Positions 14,196 through 27,654 of a stretch of DNA of 64,000 nt are shown here, one piece after another (position 1 is the first letter of the stretch; each line of letters starts with the position of its first letter). The position numbers and the translations under genes were made by a program. This stretch comes from Trichoplax adhaerens (Eukaryota > Animalia > Placozoa): the NCBI RefSeq assembly GCF_000150275.1, contig NW_002060951.1:1250297-1314296 (forward strand). Reading direction: 5' to 3'. Below the pieces are notes generated by a model, which made no database searches, was not told the origin of the DNA, and saw only the letters and a list, made by a program, of their open reading frames with translations.

Positions 14196-17100
14196 ATGTA
14201 TGCTAAAGGCAAAGGCAATAATTCTACTACTACGCCTCCGGATAGTCAAGCACGTGAAAAGTAAGTGGAAATCAATGATACCAACTTGAGCATTAGTGTT
14301 CACTTCAACATGGAAATTTGTAAAATGATGAATACTTTTGCAGTAGCAGATTACCGGATTTATTATTGATGACATGTTATGCAATGTCGAATATTCCTGC
14401 ATAGTGTTGTATCAGTCAATAGCTGTTGTCGACTATGACACCGTACAAAACTTCAACCTTCTCCTGCTCCTACTTGAACCGTCTACATTGAGATCTGCAT
14501 GTTTTGCTCATAGGCTGATCGTTGACGATGCTTTTTCTTTCTCTTCCCTTTTTTCGGCCACAATAATATCATCATCATGTTATGGCATACTTGTGTGCAT
14601 AGTAGAAAAAGAATGCCATACCGCACCACTAATCGTTCATTACTGACCGATAATACCATTCAACGATATGGCATATCGACTGGTAGTTGAACAATTATAC
14701 ACTAGTGTCATAACAGATATTGCAAACCGCGAGACAATGTTCTTTTCTTATCTTTACGGTATATTACCGTGTTTTTGATTAGCTATAGTATTGCTCAGTA
14801 TGCTGTAATGAACGGAAGTACTAGGATAATTCGTTACCTACTCAAACTTTGCTATCCTTTCCATGGCTACTTCATTCGATGTCTCCACTAAAACTCGTCT
14901 ACGTACAGTAACTTTATTTTCGTTATGATGCTTGTGAAAAAAAAGACATTGAAATCGTCATAGACCAATGTAGTCTACTCTACCGTATACAGTAGTAGTA
15001 CCTACAGGAAGAGAATACGCGTAGATTAGGAATTATAATTATCCATGCGTATCTTTGCGTTACCCTTAATAGATAGATATTTGTTCAATTTTACATGATT
15101 AGTAATAGTATTCAAGTTTGGGCCGTAGTGTTTGTGTTGTTTGCTTCCGTAGATAGTTGAATGACGCAACTGATACTTTTTATCGCACAAGTAATGACAA
15201 CAGTGTAGAACTTGGAAATGCAGTCCACTCTGATCTGTTTATACTTCAGAGCCAAGCGATAGCAAAAGATGAGAAATATTGTACAGGATATTGTATTATG
15301 CTTCTGCAGATGTGGTTGAAATGAACTAGCGTCATTTTTCTTCAAGAGTCATTGTTGGCTATTGTAATTCAGTTGAAAACATGTACAATATAGCAAGTAT
15401 GTTTTAGTTTCTAATGAATTGTGATCTTTTCAGATTGGCCGGCTATGTATACGAGTATCTATTCCACACAGGAGCTAAGAAGGCTGCTCAATCCTTTCTC
15501 TCTGAGGTTAGTTATCAAAGAGGTGTACACTATTTGGATGTATTCATTTTGCATGATAACATCGGTGCAACACAATATGATAACGTTTTAAGTCGATGTA
15601 GTTAATTTGCTTTAATTAAACGTTGGGCACATGCGATTCAATTATTTTTATTATCGATTGAGACCTTTTGATACGATCAGTATCTGCCAGTGTAAGATCC
15701 ACTATCGTAAAGCGTAAAGTATTTATTAGTCGTGGACTGTGTGTATTCCTATTTTTTGCAACCAGCACTCATTTATTATTCTACAGTATTGATGATATTT
15801 GATAGACTTGTTTTTGCAATGCTAAACTATTCTTGCTTTTCTGTTGCGATAGATATCATAGAATGTTATCGCATTTTTCCCTGTTTCGCTTTGTGTTATT
15901 AAATTCATAGTACGATCAACAGTGGTACTGTACGTATCGGCCATACTAAGTACTGTACTGTACAGTAAAAAGTAACATTTTGCCCTTGGGTACTCATCTC
16001 TGCAGTACAATGGCAACAGTATCGGTAATCGCGTCAGCTCGAGTGTTGTTGTGGGTCCAGTAGTGGACAGCTCGTACAGTACGTCAATATTGTAGTACTA
16101 AACTGTAGAACTGTACTCCCGACGCCAGTCCGAAAATTGGACCTCAAACGATGGTACCGTACCGGACTCTATCCCATCATGCTGTACTGTCACTGCACTG
16201 GGAATCAGTGATGGAGGCATTTTTGGGGAAAAAGCAAGCTATTGGAGTAAATTCCCTTTTTTGGGGGGGGGATTGAACCCTTGAATTGGCCGAGAGATGG
16301 AGTAAGTGAGTCCATCTCCATGCGGATGTTAGTAACCGATTCGTCTCAATTGTACGCTCTAGTACCAGATCGACATCGGTAGCTTTGTGAAATGGATTAT
16401 CCACAGCCATCAACAAACGACGTGATGGTGTAATCATACTATCATTAGCGTTTGGCAATCAGTGATGGAGGCATTTTTGGGGGAAAAAGCGAGCTATTGG
16501 AGTAAATTCCCCTTTTTTTGGGGGGGGGGGGATTGAACCCTTGAATTGGCCGAGAGATGGAGTAAGCGAGTCCATCTCCATGCGGATGTTAGTAACCGAT
16601 TCGTCTCAATTGTACGCTCTAGTACCAGATCGACATCGGTAGCTTTGTGAAATGGATTATCCACAGCCATCAACAAACGACGTGATGGTGTAATCATACT
16701 ATCATTAGCGTTTCATGATTATAATAATAGTTATTGAATACAAGTTACAGTTGTAGACTAGCAAGGAGTGTTTACAATACAATACAGTACAGCACGGATG
16801 GGACATTTTCAACGTGCTACTACGGCGCACATTGCCCCTTTTACAAGCCTTTGGACTTTTTTCTTGTCTTGATTTAATCGATATTGCATATTGATAGAAC
16901 GCCAGTTCCTAAAAAATGACCGATTTAAAATGATAGTAGAGTTGTTATCCATTCAACCAGTATTCACTTCATAACAGCAATGATGATATAACATTAATCA
17001 ATTACTATTGATAGTACACACTCAATGGATGCATTAAATGTGACGTTTTGATTCAATTGGCAAAGAACTACAGTACTCAATACTGTCATTGCTTGCATTA

Positions 17101-20100
17101 ATTATTATATTATTACTGTATGATTACCGGAATGAATCCGTAAAGGAATATTTTATATGATACGATTGTATAGTAATCTACTGTAGATATAGAATCCTAT
17201 ATTGATATCCAATATACTGTAAATAGCCATAACTAACTGCGGTTAATAATTATAACCTAATAGCTGTCTACGTATTGAAAGTGTCGATCGACACCATCAA
17301 TAACTATCTCGGTGTTGCATTGAAACCAACACCTGACCTTTGCTCGTAATCCCTTTGGGTTACTTTGTCTATTAATTGAAAAGATCAAAAGTATCAAATA
17401 ACCAGGTACTCACAAGTAAATGATCTTCTTTGTATGCATACGATTGAGTGAGTTGATTATACAGTATTATGATGCAAGGCCTGCTAGATGACTATAGCAG
17501 AACTATGGAGTGTAATTGGGTGGCAAGTAGTAGTTTCATACAAAGGATGAATGTCGACCGTTATGTCTAGACGCAAAATGACGACCATCAAAACTAAACT
17601 AAAAATGATATTGATGCCTGGCGTCATGAATGATATTTGAATACTGTTTGTATTGCTATACTACTTGATATCACACCAGATAGTTAGTACAAATGTTAAA
17701 GAATACCATTAAAAAACATACAATTTAATTTTAATCATTCAAAATAAATAATTCAATCACTTAGAATACTCATCACCATAGGTCCACTTTACAAACTCTA
17801 TAAAATGTTGTTGCAACTGAAGGAATCTCTACTAAAAATAGTCTTATTCAGTTGTTTGGCCCTTCTATTTTATTGGACAGTCGATTATGTACACTACAGG
17901 ATGTATATTCTTTGCTAATTTATGTTTCGAAGAATATACTACATAGATGTTCTACGTAGTGCAATATTTGAAAATTTGAAAATTCTGATTACTTTGAAAT
18001 TGGTTCAGTATACTACGGTGCATTATTCGATGTTAGCAATTAATTATTTCACTATGATATATAGATGAGATGGGAAAAAGCTCTACCTACCGTTGATCAT
18101 CCTGGATTCTTGGAATCATGGTGGTGGTAAGTAAAGTGTCCTTTCTGTTCATGCGTATCTAAGCATTTAAAATATTGTCGAAAGTTGACCTAAATATATG
18201 CACGTGATTAGATTATGTTCTATAATCTTAATTCTCGTGCGTACTACAATTTCAAGAGCGTTTTATTTCATTAAGAACAATATTATCTCTTATGGATTGA
18301 TTGCATATTCATTACATCGAGCCCTATTTCACGGTTTATCATTAAAATTGAAAATTTAGACTGATATAATTCAATTACATTGAATCTTTTCTGAGCTTGT
18401 ACTTACCATATTTAGATTGTATTATAGTATGAAAAAAATGCTTATGTTAAAGCCTATCCATTACAAATGTACGATGACATAAAATGACTCTGTCGCGTTC
18501 CCTTGGATGCGACTACATGTTGTTCATACTGGCAGTCTACAATACTGGACATTACTTTAGGATTAAAAATGTAAAACGAGGAAAACGGTATTATCTTTAG
18601 TATAACTAGTACCTGAAATCTTCGCCATTTAAAAGAAATCTCTTCACTTATTGTACTCATTTTTTTTGTTTATGATCATATGTCCTGTACCATACGTCAT
18701 TGATATTAAAAAAAAATTTTATAAAATTCGTACACTATGTAGTAAAGCATTCCCATTCCTATTCTGTACAGTATTGTAATTCTACCATATCGGTATAGAG
18801 TGACAATTTAGGCGAATATAGCTCATTGCTATACTATAAGCTTATTTTATTATTTGCCCAAATGCAAATGTTGATTGGAAACTAGTGTAAGTAATGGTAA
18901 GATAGGCGTACCTTCAATTTCAAGGGATAATGTATATACTAGACTATGTGCAAGCTTTCCTATATTGTGCTCATATAATGTATAATACATGTAAATTTTT
19001 AGTGTCAAGGGTTTAGTTCAAATTATTACCCTAGGATACGGTGATAGTTCAATTACTAATGATGTATTACATTAAAACTTACTAGATGACAATATGGACA
19101 CTCAGTTTCATAACAAATGATTAGTTCTTGGTACATCCTCACTTCTGAAATCAGAGCTATTAATCATTCCAATATAGGGGTCTTGGCGTGAGTTCTATTC
19201 CGTTTTTTCTGCTCCGCATACCTTAATTAATATAGATAAATCACAACTGCAAAACTATAATACTGCGATAATAGGATCAGAATATACTTTAAGTGTTCGA
19301 TTCTTACTTTTCATAAGCTAGAGTATTTATCTACTGAAAGTAAAACGTTAATATGCTTCATCTTGAAGTATTGTAAGGTGGTTATGCTTTCTGATAAATT
19401 AATTAGTATCCGAATAAGTAATAGACAATTTTAAAATTTATAGTACTTTCTAAATAGAAGATAGATTGAGATTACTTTTCAATCTGATGTATAAACCCGG
19501 AAATGTGGATGTATTTACTTTCAGATGTTGAAAAAACTTCGCTCTTACAAAATGACATTTACGTAATTTACGATATACGCTTGTTGACATTTTAGTCTTG
19601 TTATGCAGAAAGCAGACGTTGCTAATGTGAAACTGATCATTTACGAGTTCGAGCCAATTTACGCCTTTATAGTGTATCTTGGTACAAATTGGACGACAGT
19701 ATCAGTGCTTCATACAATGCGCTTCTTTATATTTTATATTAAATATATCGATTTATGTAGACGAGACTATTGACGTCAAAAAGAATTATCATTTTAACTC
19801 CCACGTATAAACGTATGGAATTTGTCCTGTCTAATAGACATTACTCTAAAATTATTGAAAAGAAATGCGCTTTTAAAATATTTGCTTATATCTAATGCAA
19901 ATTTATACAGCGTAGTCTTTACTCGTGTCAAAATTACCTACTTCATGTGCGAATACATTGCACAGAATAATTTGTGTAATTAATTTGGTGCTATAATCTA
20001 CCAACATTTCATATATAGTATGATATATTAATTTGCTTGTCATACTCTAATGACCATATCTGGAAATCGATGGTTATACAGAAAGTATTATGCTATCATG

Positions 20101-23100
20101 GAAATGACTCATTTGATCATAATCCACGTGATTTGGCTGTTACATCCTAGAGACAATACACTGTTTATATAATCTTTGCACGATAACTTCTTAACAAGCT
20201 GAGTAAAGTAGTAGTTGAGTACTTTTGTCTCAGTAGTTTGTAATATTTTTGCACATTTACTTTTCTAATAGTGTCTTTTGGGATTTATATTGTGCTGCCC
20301 CGGACTTGCGAGAAAACTACGAACATTCGAACGAAGCAAGGTTTATGCAAGATTATTATGTGAGTTTGGAATGATTGCACTGTATCTAGTGGTATATAAG
20401 TTTTATATTTAGCATCTATTCGCTCGAAATTTGATGAGGACGAGCAAAATCCTATTTTAATAGACCGTAAAAATATATAATATAATTTGACATATAACTG
20501 CAATATCTATTAACATTTAGAGTTATTACAATTCCTGTTAGATATCTAAAGATAAATAAAGAATGAATCAAGGTTTCATATCGCTAGACTATTTTTCTTA
20601 TTGAAACAGTATTAACGATATGTTTTACCGTTAGTTACGCATGAAGTGATATAGCTAGCTATTACTGTACTTTAGAAAGTACCTTGTACAATAAAGTGTA
20701 TCGTATGGTACTTTTATTACATTTTAACATGAATAATAACTTAATAACATGTGTTTACTAGATTGCAAAGGATGTCTTTTATTTTACTATGAATGTTAGT
20801 TAGCTACTCTCACTAATTTTACAACTGTCATATTTTCTTTGATGATTCTCAGCATTCTAATAACGCTCCTGCCGCTTCTCCGTCTATAAATAATCAATTT
20901 TCTGGAAACGATATTCAAGCTGGTATGCCTTCGACAGCGGGCGTGCACGGTTATTACCCGGTATGTTCGCTTGTAAATTTAAACTAATTTAAAAATTCTA
21001 CCTTCATAATTGAATTATGACGTTACTGCATTGTTTACGTTGTTAACCTTTTAATTATCTAGCAAATGGGTCCGCACGCGGTAAGGCCACAGCAACAGGT
21101 ACATCCGCCACACTCGCAACCCTCGCCTCACCCTACATCACAAACACAGCAACAAACTCCCATGCAAGTACAGTATCCTCCAGGTGGAATAATGGGACCA
21201 AATGGAGTAAGCAGTTAACTGGATAAAACAATACAGCTTATTTATAGCTTTAAAATTCGATACAATAATGTACTGTAACTACAATAATCCTACATGTGAT
21301 GTATTGTATTTCATTATATCTTGATATACTTGTTTTAACGTAGCCTTTCCAAAATCATCGAGTGGCGCCACGGCCGGCTATGCCTTCGGTAATTTGCTAA
21401 CTACTATCATATTTAAGACTAGTTACTGTTCGTGCACATTTGTATAAGTACTTGTTATTTTTAATAAATTTGTGTCAATCTTACCGAAATATTTAGAATT
21501 CAATATAATTACTACTATTATGCACTAGTATTCGTAGTCCATTAATCTTATTGTGTCTCTGTTTGATGACTACCTTCCAGTAACTGCTATGCTTACTTAT
21601 ATGCTGTCTAAAGAATGATTGGTTATGTTATCAAATCAATGCAATTGTTTTCAAGTTTATTTACGTTAATCTTGATACTATAATGAATTGACGTAATAAT
21701 ACACTATCAATATAACTTAATCCAATGTACGTATGCGTATCACAAATTTATAGAGAGGAGTATCAGCAACACAACACCTTATGCCAAATACTATTAATCC
21801 AACTAGACAACCTCAAGGTAGCATCAAATTGCACAGAATATTGTTTTAGCTAACACAATTATAACGTAACATTCGAATATGAAGGTAATAACAATACCAT
21901 TAGCTATAAGTAACATACTTTTCTTATAATCTTAAATTTTAAGGAAACCGAGTAATGGTTGCTGGCCCTAGTGGCCCACCAAATATTACCACAACTGTTC
22001 AGCAAAGAATGCCACCCCAGCAAATACAAATGCAACAGGTCTGAACTCAAAATCTTACAATAACTGTGACGATTGTACTAATGCAATTTATTACTTTGTC
22101 ATTGTCATATAGAATTATCACAATACTTCTCAAATTAGATCACATGGCCCTAGTAATCAAATGGTGCCAACAACAATGCATCTATCTGCGTAAGATTTTC
22201 CTATATAAACGATCAATTTTATTAATAAAACGATTACAATGTGCTGCCTAAATAGCACTATTTGCGGTAATAATAACGTTATCAATTTTTATTTCTTAAT
22301 AATGCTAGCGGTGGACGCCCTTGGCCACCAACTTCGGTTAGTGCCTATTGATTTTACTATAGTAAATTGTTCTTAGGGTTTCAGTACGATATTCGTGTTA
22401 TTTTACTGTTACATAATACAGTAAAAGTATCAAATAAGTTGTTGAGCTTTCTTATTACTTAACAATACAGACTGCCGGGATGCATCAAAATCCTGGAAAC
22501 ATGTTGCAAGTTCATGGTTCGTCTATACGTAGATATGTCAATTTATCAATGTTGATAATACACTAATAATTTGCTCAACGTTCTTATTATAAGTCTGGCG
22601 ATCAAAAACAATATCAATGTTGAAATTTTAAGTCAATTTTCTAATTATTTATGTAGGACATCCATCTACTCCTGTACGCCCACCACCTCATGGAATGCCA
22701 CAAGGTCTTTTTCAAATTACCGATATTTATCATTGACGTTTCGTTTAAAACTTCTAAATTTAGAGATTGACTGCTGACATTGTTACTTACAAAGTTACAA
22801 TCCTGATTTATTTGAATACATAGACCCTGCCAATACCAGTAACGACTCTATGTATACAATGATAAAGCCTGCTTCTGGAGTTCGTATTTTAAAACTTCTT
22901 TATCGCGTTTCTTAGATTTTATTTATTATTTTTAACTAAATAATCTAATTTATCGTATCCACTATAATTTAGTATACTATGAGTAGTGGCGGCCCTGATG
23001 GTATGTCCTTACCTTCACGGAACGATTTAATGCCAGGTATTTGTAACCTTGATATTCATCACATGAAAAAGTGAATTTTTCAGGGATGTTAGTATTGCAA

Positions 23101-23547
23101 TTAGGCTAATAAACACTGTAAACCTTTTCGCTATGTTTCTTTAGATCATCCTGATGGTCTATCTATGCCAAAGGTAGATACGTTAGATTGCTTATATATT
23201 TTGGTATCATAACACAGATTGCAATGACTAACCTCAACGGAAACGATAAACTATGTAATTCTATCTAGGATGCAACAAATGATCCGACAGTCAGCCCTGC
23301 ACACGAGCTCGACAATTATTTACCGTCTCCTTTTCAAACAGATCATGTTAGTAAATCTGTATATGCAAATTCTTAACGCAATATATATATATGGAAATTT
23401 AGAATAAAAATTAATCTATTTTACCAATTCATCAATGCATAGGATGAAAATGCTTCTGCTGAAATCCTAAAGGTTAAAGAAAGTCTGGAAGAAGATGCTA
23501 AACGATTTACGAAAGAGCCAGCTGATTCAGACTACTACATCCAGTAG
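14196..23547 (+). CDS. SSBP2/3/4: Single-stranded DNA-binding protein SSDP (LisH/LUFS domain, LDB1/Chip cofactor); about 17 exons
   Basis: Exons 14196-14260 ([22 protein letters not shown]), 15434-15506 ([24 protein letters not shown]), 18065-18126 ([20 protein letters not shown]) and 20272-20359 ([30 protein letters not shown]) reproduce the LUFS domain. Pro/Gly/Met/Gln-rich small exons follow from 20853 (e.g. [17 protein letters not shown]). Last exon ends [29 protein letters not shown], stop at 23545-23547. Confidence 0.93.
16203..16713. repeat. Tandem duplication, 2 x ~254 bp, in SSBP intron 2
   Basis: Copies 16203-16453 and 16457-16713 differ mainly in G/C/T homopolymer lengths plus about two substitutions. 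Confidence 0.95.
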
Positions 23548-25459
23548 CAAACGCCAAAATTTTACTAAATTGTTTTAGTTATTAAACAATACAGTAGTGA
23601 GAATTTTGAAATTGTTTGCTACAACTATTATGTATTAATATTAGCAAATGCTTATATGGGCTAGTGAGCAGCCGCAGTACATTATGTAATGTACTGAATC
23701 TGATCATGCTGATTATAACCTATTTGTACAAAGAGATTATATTATAGTTGTAATTGAAGGATTAATTTCACATTCTTTTAATTTTAGTATGTGGTAAGCA
23801 ATACTTCTGTATAGTAAGAAAGGATTAACTGTAAAGTGTACAAGTTATTATTTGTAAGTTGACAAGATACTGCTAAAAATTCTTCTCCTGACTTTAAAAT
23901 AATGGAATTTGTCATAGACATGGTCATAAGCATGGATCGAAAGGGTGACATAATAGAACATATGATACACCATTTCACTATACCTTAATACAATATTCGA
24001 AAAGTGGCGATGTAGAGAGCTATGTATTCTACGAAACAGTCTATGATTTGAATTTGAAGATTAATAATTGTGCCATTAACTTTAATTTCACAAAAGCAGC
24101 ACTTTAAGGTATTTATACACAGCAGTTACACGCCATCGTAATAAACTACAAGCCTAATAGGCAAGATTTGTCATTATAATCTATCTGTACTTACTGATAG
24201 CAATGTTTATCAATTTATCAGTATAACTGTACTACATGTGCTGAGTTTCACAAATGCGCTACATATATTTCTATATAATGTATTCTTTTGATGATCTTTT
24301 CTTAAATGCTTTATAGAGTAACAAGAACAAATTTTGCTTTCAGTGTACTATCCCCAGTAGGAACAGAATATTAGATTATTATTATTATTATTGTTATTAT
24401 TATAAGACTATTGATGTGGAGTCGTCTAATTTAATTTTAATATAATCCAATCATGGTATTACTTTGGGTTTGCGTAGCCCTCAATGTACACGGTATATAA
24501 TTTTGCTACTCCGATGAGAATAAGAATAATGATAGTTAGTTCAACTGTATTGTGTTTTGCTTTTACGATTGCTATTAAAAAAGGTAATAAAATGATAACA
24601 CAAAATCATGAATTGCCTTGCAGGTGCAGTAGCGTATGCTTATTCTATAGTACTGCATTGTCACCCTTGATGATTTCGGTTGAACAGCCGTTTTTATCCA
24701 TTTGAACAAAGTAATGAAGGACTATTACTGTCCATTGTACAGTACAATCATTTCAAAGGAGGCTTGTAATTTATTCACAAAGGTAGTTTAGAAATGGTAT
24801 TTGCTAGATACTCTTTCTACGTGCTATACGTAACATGGAGTAATTGATGCAAATATTACAGGAAAATTTCAAGCACTGTACAGTACGTGGATTGATCAAA
24901 ACATTGATGGCATTACAGTGACGTGACGAATGGGATTTCTTTTCTCAGAAAACCCGTCAGTCCTTTACGTAACTTGTAAAATTGAATGTTTTTAGTGACC
25001 GGATCGTTAATACGATCGATCAGCCATAGAATTATAGCGAAAAAGAATGAAGATCTTCTCTGTACTGGATAGTATAAAGATCATGGTGCATAATAATTCT
25101 ACCCACTCAAAAAGACGGGTTAAAGACCTGCAGTCGTCGTCCATACTGTACTGTACTCGCTACTGTATAACCATGGATTAGTTGAAGAAGATTTAGACTG
25201 ATCACCCTTGGACGGACAGACACTTCCGCCTCATATGGTCAAAATATTATTTTCAAATGCAGTGCCCAAGCACTTGGTTATGACAGTACTTTAGTATGGA
25301 GACGATCGGTTTTAAATTGACTAATTTTTTCTGAATTAAGTAATATTACGTTAAATCTTATTATCGGTTAGTAAATTCCACTTGGAAACGGTTATATAAG
25401 ATTGTAGATGTTATTTCAATTAGTACCGGTGATTTAGAAAACAAACACGGAAGAACCAT

Positions 25460-25885
25460 ACTAAGTAGCTATTTTGGATATTTACGGGCCCTCATTTGGT
25501 AAGAAAAGTCCGTCCGAAGTTGACCAATCGTGGTGCATAATAGACGAACCTCTCAATACTGGTCCAGACTAGACTTTCTTCTGGTAGTCCATGATACTGT
25601 GTAACTCATGCAATCCCTGCTGTGTCTACGGCATGGACCACGTTCTAATACTAGATGCATAATAGCACATCCATGTTGTACGTCGTACAACACTAAGTAG
25701 CTATTTTGGATATTTACGGATCCTCATTTGGTAAGAAAAGTCCGTCTGAAGTTGACCAATCGTGGTGCAGAATATACGAACCTCTCAACACTGGTCCAGA
25801 CTAGACTTTCTTCTCGTAGTCTATGATACTGTGGAACTCATGCAATCCCTGCTTATGAATAGCACATCAATGTTGTACGTCGTAC
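25460..25885. repeat. Tandem duplication of ~230 bp; second copy has an internal deletion
   Basis: actaagtagctattttggatatttacgg..gttgtacgtcgtac at 25460-25688 and 25692-25885. Confidence 0.9.
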
Positions 25886-25934
25886 CGATCCGTGCCTGCA
25901 CCGATTGTTCAACGCCCGAGAACCTGTAATTAAT

Positions 25935-26830
25935 TTACTGTACTGTACACTGTACAGTACAGTACTGTACAGTACTGTACAGTACAGTCGTTAGGCTCAG
26001 TGTTTATGTACTGTACACTGTACAGTACAGTACCATTTAGCTAAAGACGAGGACCGAACGAGGACTGGACCACGAATGTCAGTTATACAGTATTGTATAG
26101 TACTGTGTGTAAAAATCTTTGACTATGTCAACTATAAATTACAGGCTCTCTACAGTATGTACACTAGCCCTAACCATTTTGCATCAATTACTTTGTACAT
26201 TTCGTTTAACCTGTCCTGCTGATACATTAGACATGTATTGACATATGTAACAAAAAATCCAAGAAATCGTCCATCTCACGCGTATATCAACAGGACAGCT
26301 TAAACGAAGTGTAGAGTACAGTACAAAGTAATTCATGCAAAATGGTTAGGACTAATGTACTGTACTGTACACTGTACAGTATGGAAACATTGACGCAATG
26401 CCTGGCGGGACATTTTAACATTTTCACCTAGAGTACGGCACAGAATCTGGAATCTGGTACTACAGTACTGTACTGTACTGTACTGTACAGTATATCACTG
26501 GCTTCTTAGATTAAATTGCATACTAACTGTACTCTGCACCTACCGTACTGTACTGTATGTGCACTGTGCAGTACTGTACTGCGCAAGTGCAGCATTAGCT
26601 CAGGATTCCGCCTAATGCACATTGCACAGCTGTAATTATGCCTGCAACACAGTACTGTACAGTACGTGTTCTAAGATCAACACGAAATGAAGTGTACTTC
26701 AGTCGCATGTCAACAACTGCCAGAAAGGCCTTTCTTCTGCTAGTGACGTAATTTACTGTACTGTACGTACTGAGTCTGAGATAAACACGTTTGTCTGCAA
26801 AGTCTGCTACATGTAGCAGTGCGGTACAGT
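25935..26830. repeat. ACAGT/TACTG pentamer arrays upstream of ABCA
   Basis: Runs such as tactgtacactgtacagtacagtactgtacagtactgtacagtacag (25936-25987) and tacagtactgtactgtactgtactgtacag (26461-26490). Confidence 0.85.
26162..26357. mobile_element. MITE-like non-autonomous DNA transposon (196 bp, ~63-bp TIRs, TA on both flanks)
   Basis: Left end cactagccctaaccattttgcatcaattactttgtac matches the reverse complement of the right end at 34/37. A further 26 bp match at 23/26 after a 10-nt insertion in the right arm. TA at 26160-61 and 26358-59. Confidence 0.8.
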
Positions 26831-27654
26831 ATAGAGTATTTAAAGGGAGATCAAGCTATTCACTGACAAAGATAAAAGAAAAGGAAGTAGCCAAGTAGGT
26901 CCAGTAGAATTCTAAAACGCCAAGTAAACTTGCTGCTATAAGGAAGCCATTTAATTCTTGATTGTGCTCATTTCTGATCGATTACTCTACTGTAGGTATA
27001 CAGTACTTTCATTTTTAGATCTTAACTCGTAGTATGCACTTGGCATACCCTGAAATAGAACGTACTCCAACTTGTCAGCTACTGAAGAATATGACCCGGC
27101 GCGCCGAATAAACAGTCAGTACTTACTGAACATTTGGATTGATTCAATCGTTTCTCAAGAATATACGCATTCATCTTATAGCCAAAGCAACTGACAAAGT
27201 AGATCATCCATCCTTTACAAAATAAGGTATCCATCAACTTTTAGACTTATTAATGATAAAAATGATCAAATTTTAGTGACTCGTTGTTGTATTGATATAC
27301 TGTACAGTATAATGTATTATTATTGATGCGATAAATGACTGTAGTTTGTAGAAATTGTTTTTCCTCATATCTATTCTTATTGGAATACGTAAATCGCTTT
27401 CCTATTTATTTTCGATATTCATACTCTATCTCATAAATCTTACATTGTACTTAACCAAAGAGCTGTTTATAAAAGGCCTGTGCATTGTAGTCAGTATACC
27501 ATTAGTGGAGTTCAATTAATGAATATCGGTTATCAATAGACAGTTGCTGCTGCGATTGAAGACATCTACTGTATTTGTACGCGCTTCTCAACTGCCTACA
27601 CCAACTACCTACCTTTCATTGAACCCAAATTAGACGTTTAATTAAGGAACCGAA

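Noticed and set aside
16177-16697. Twin ORFs MITPSRRLL.. on the minus strand
   Set aside because: By-product of the intronic duplication; frames diverge at homopolymers and there is no recognisable domain.
24900-25885. Possible decayed transposase or recombinase fragment
   Set aside because: The frames I read are interrupted by stops and I could not identify a diagnostic motif; needs tBLASTx against a repeat library.
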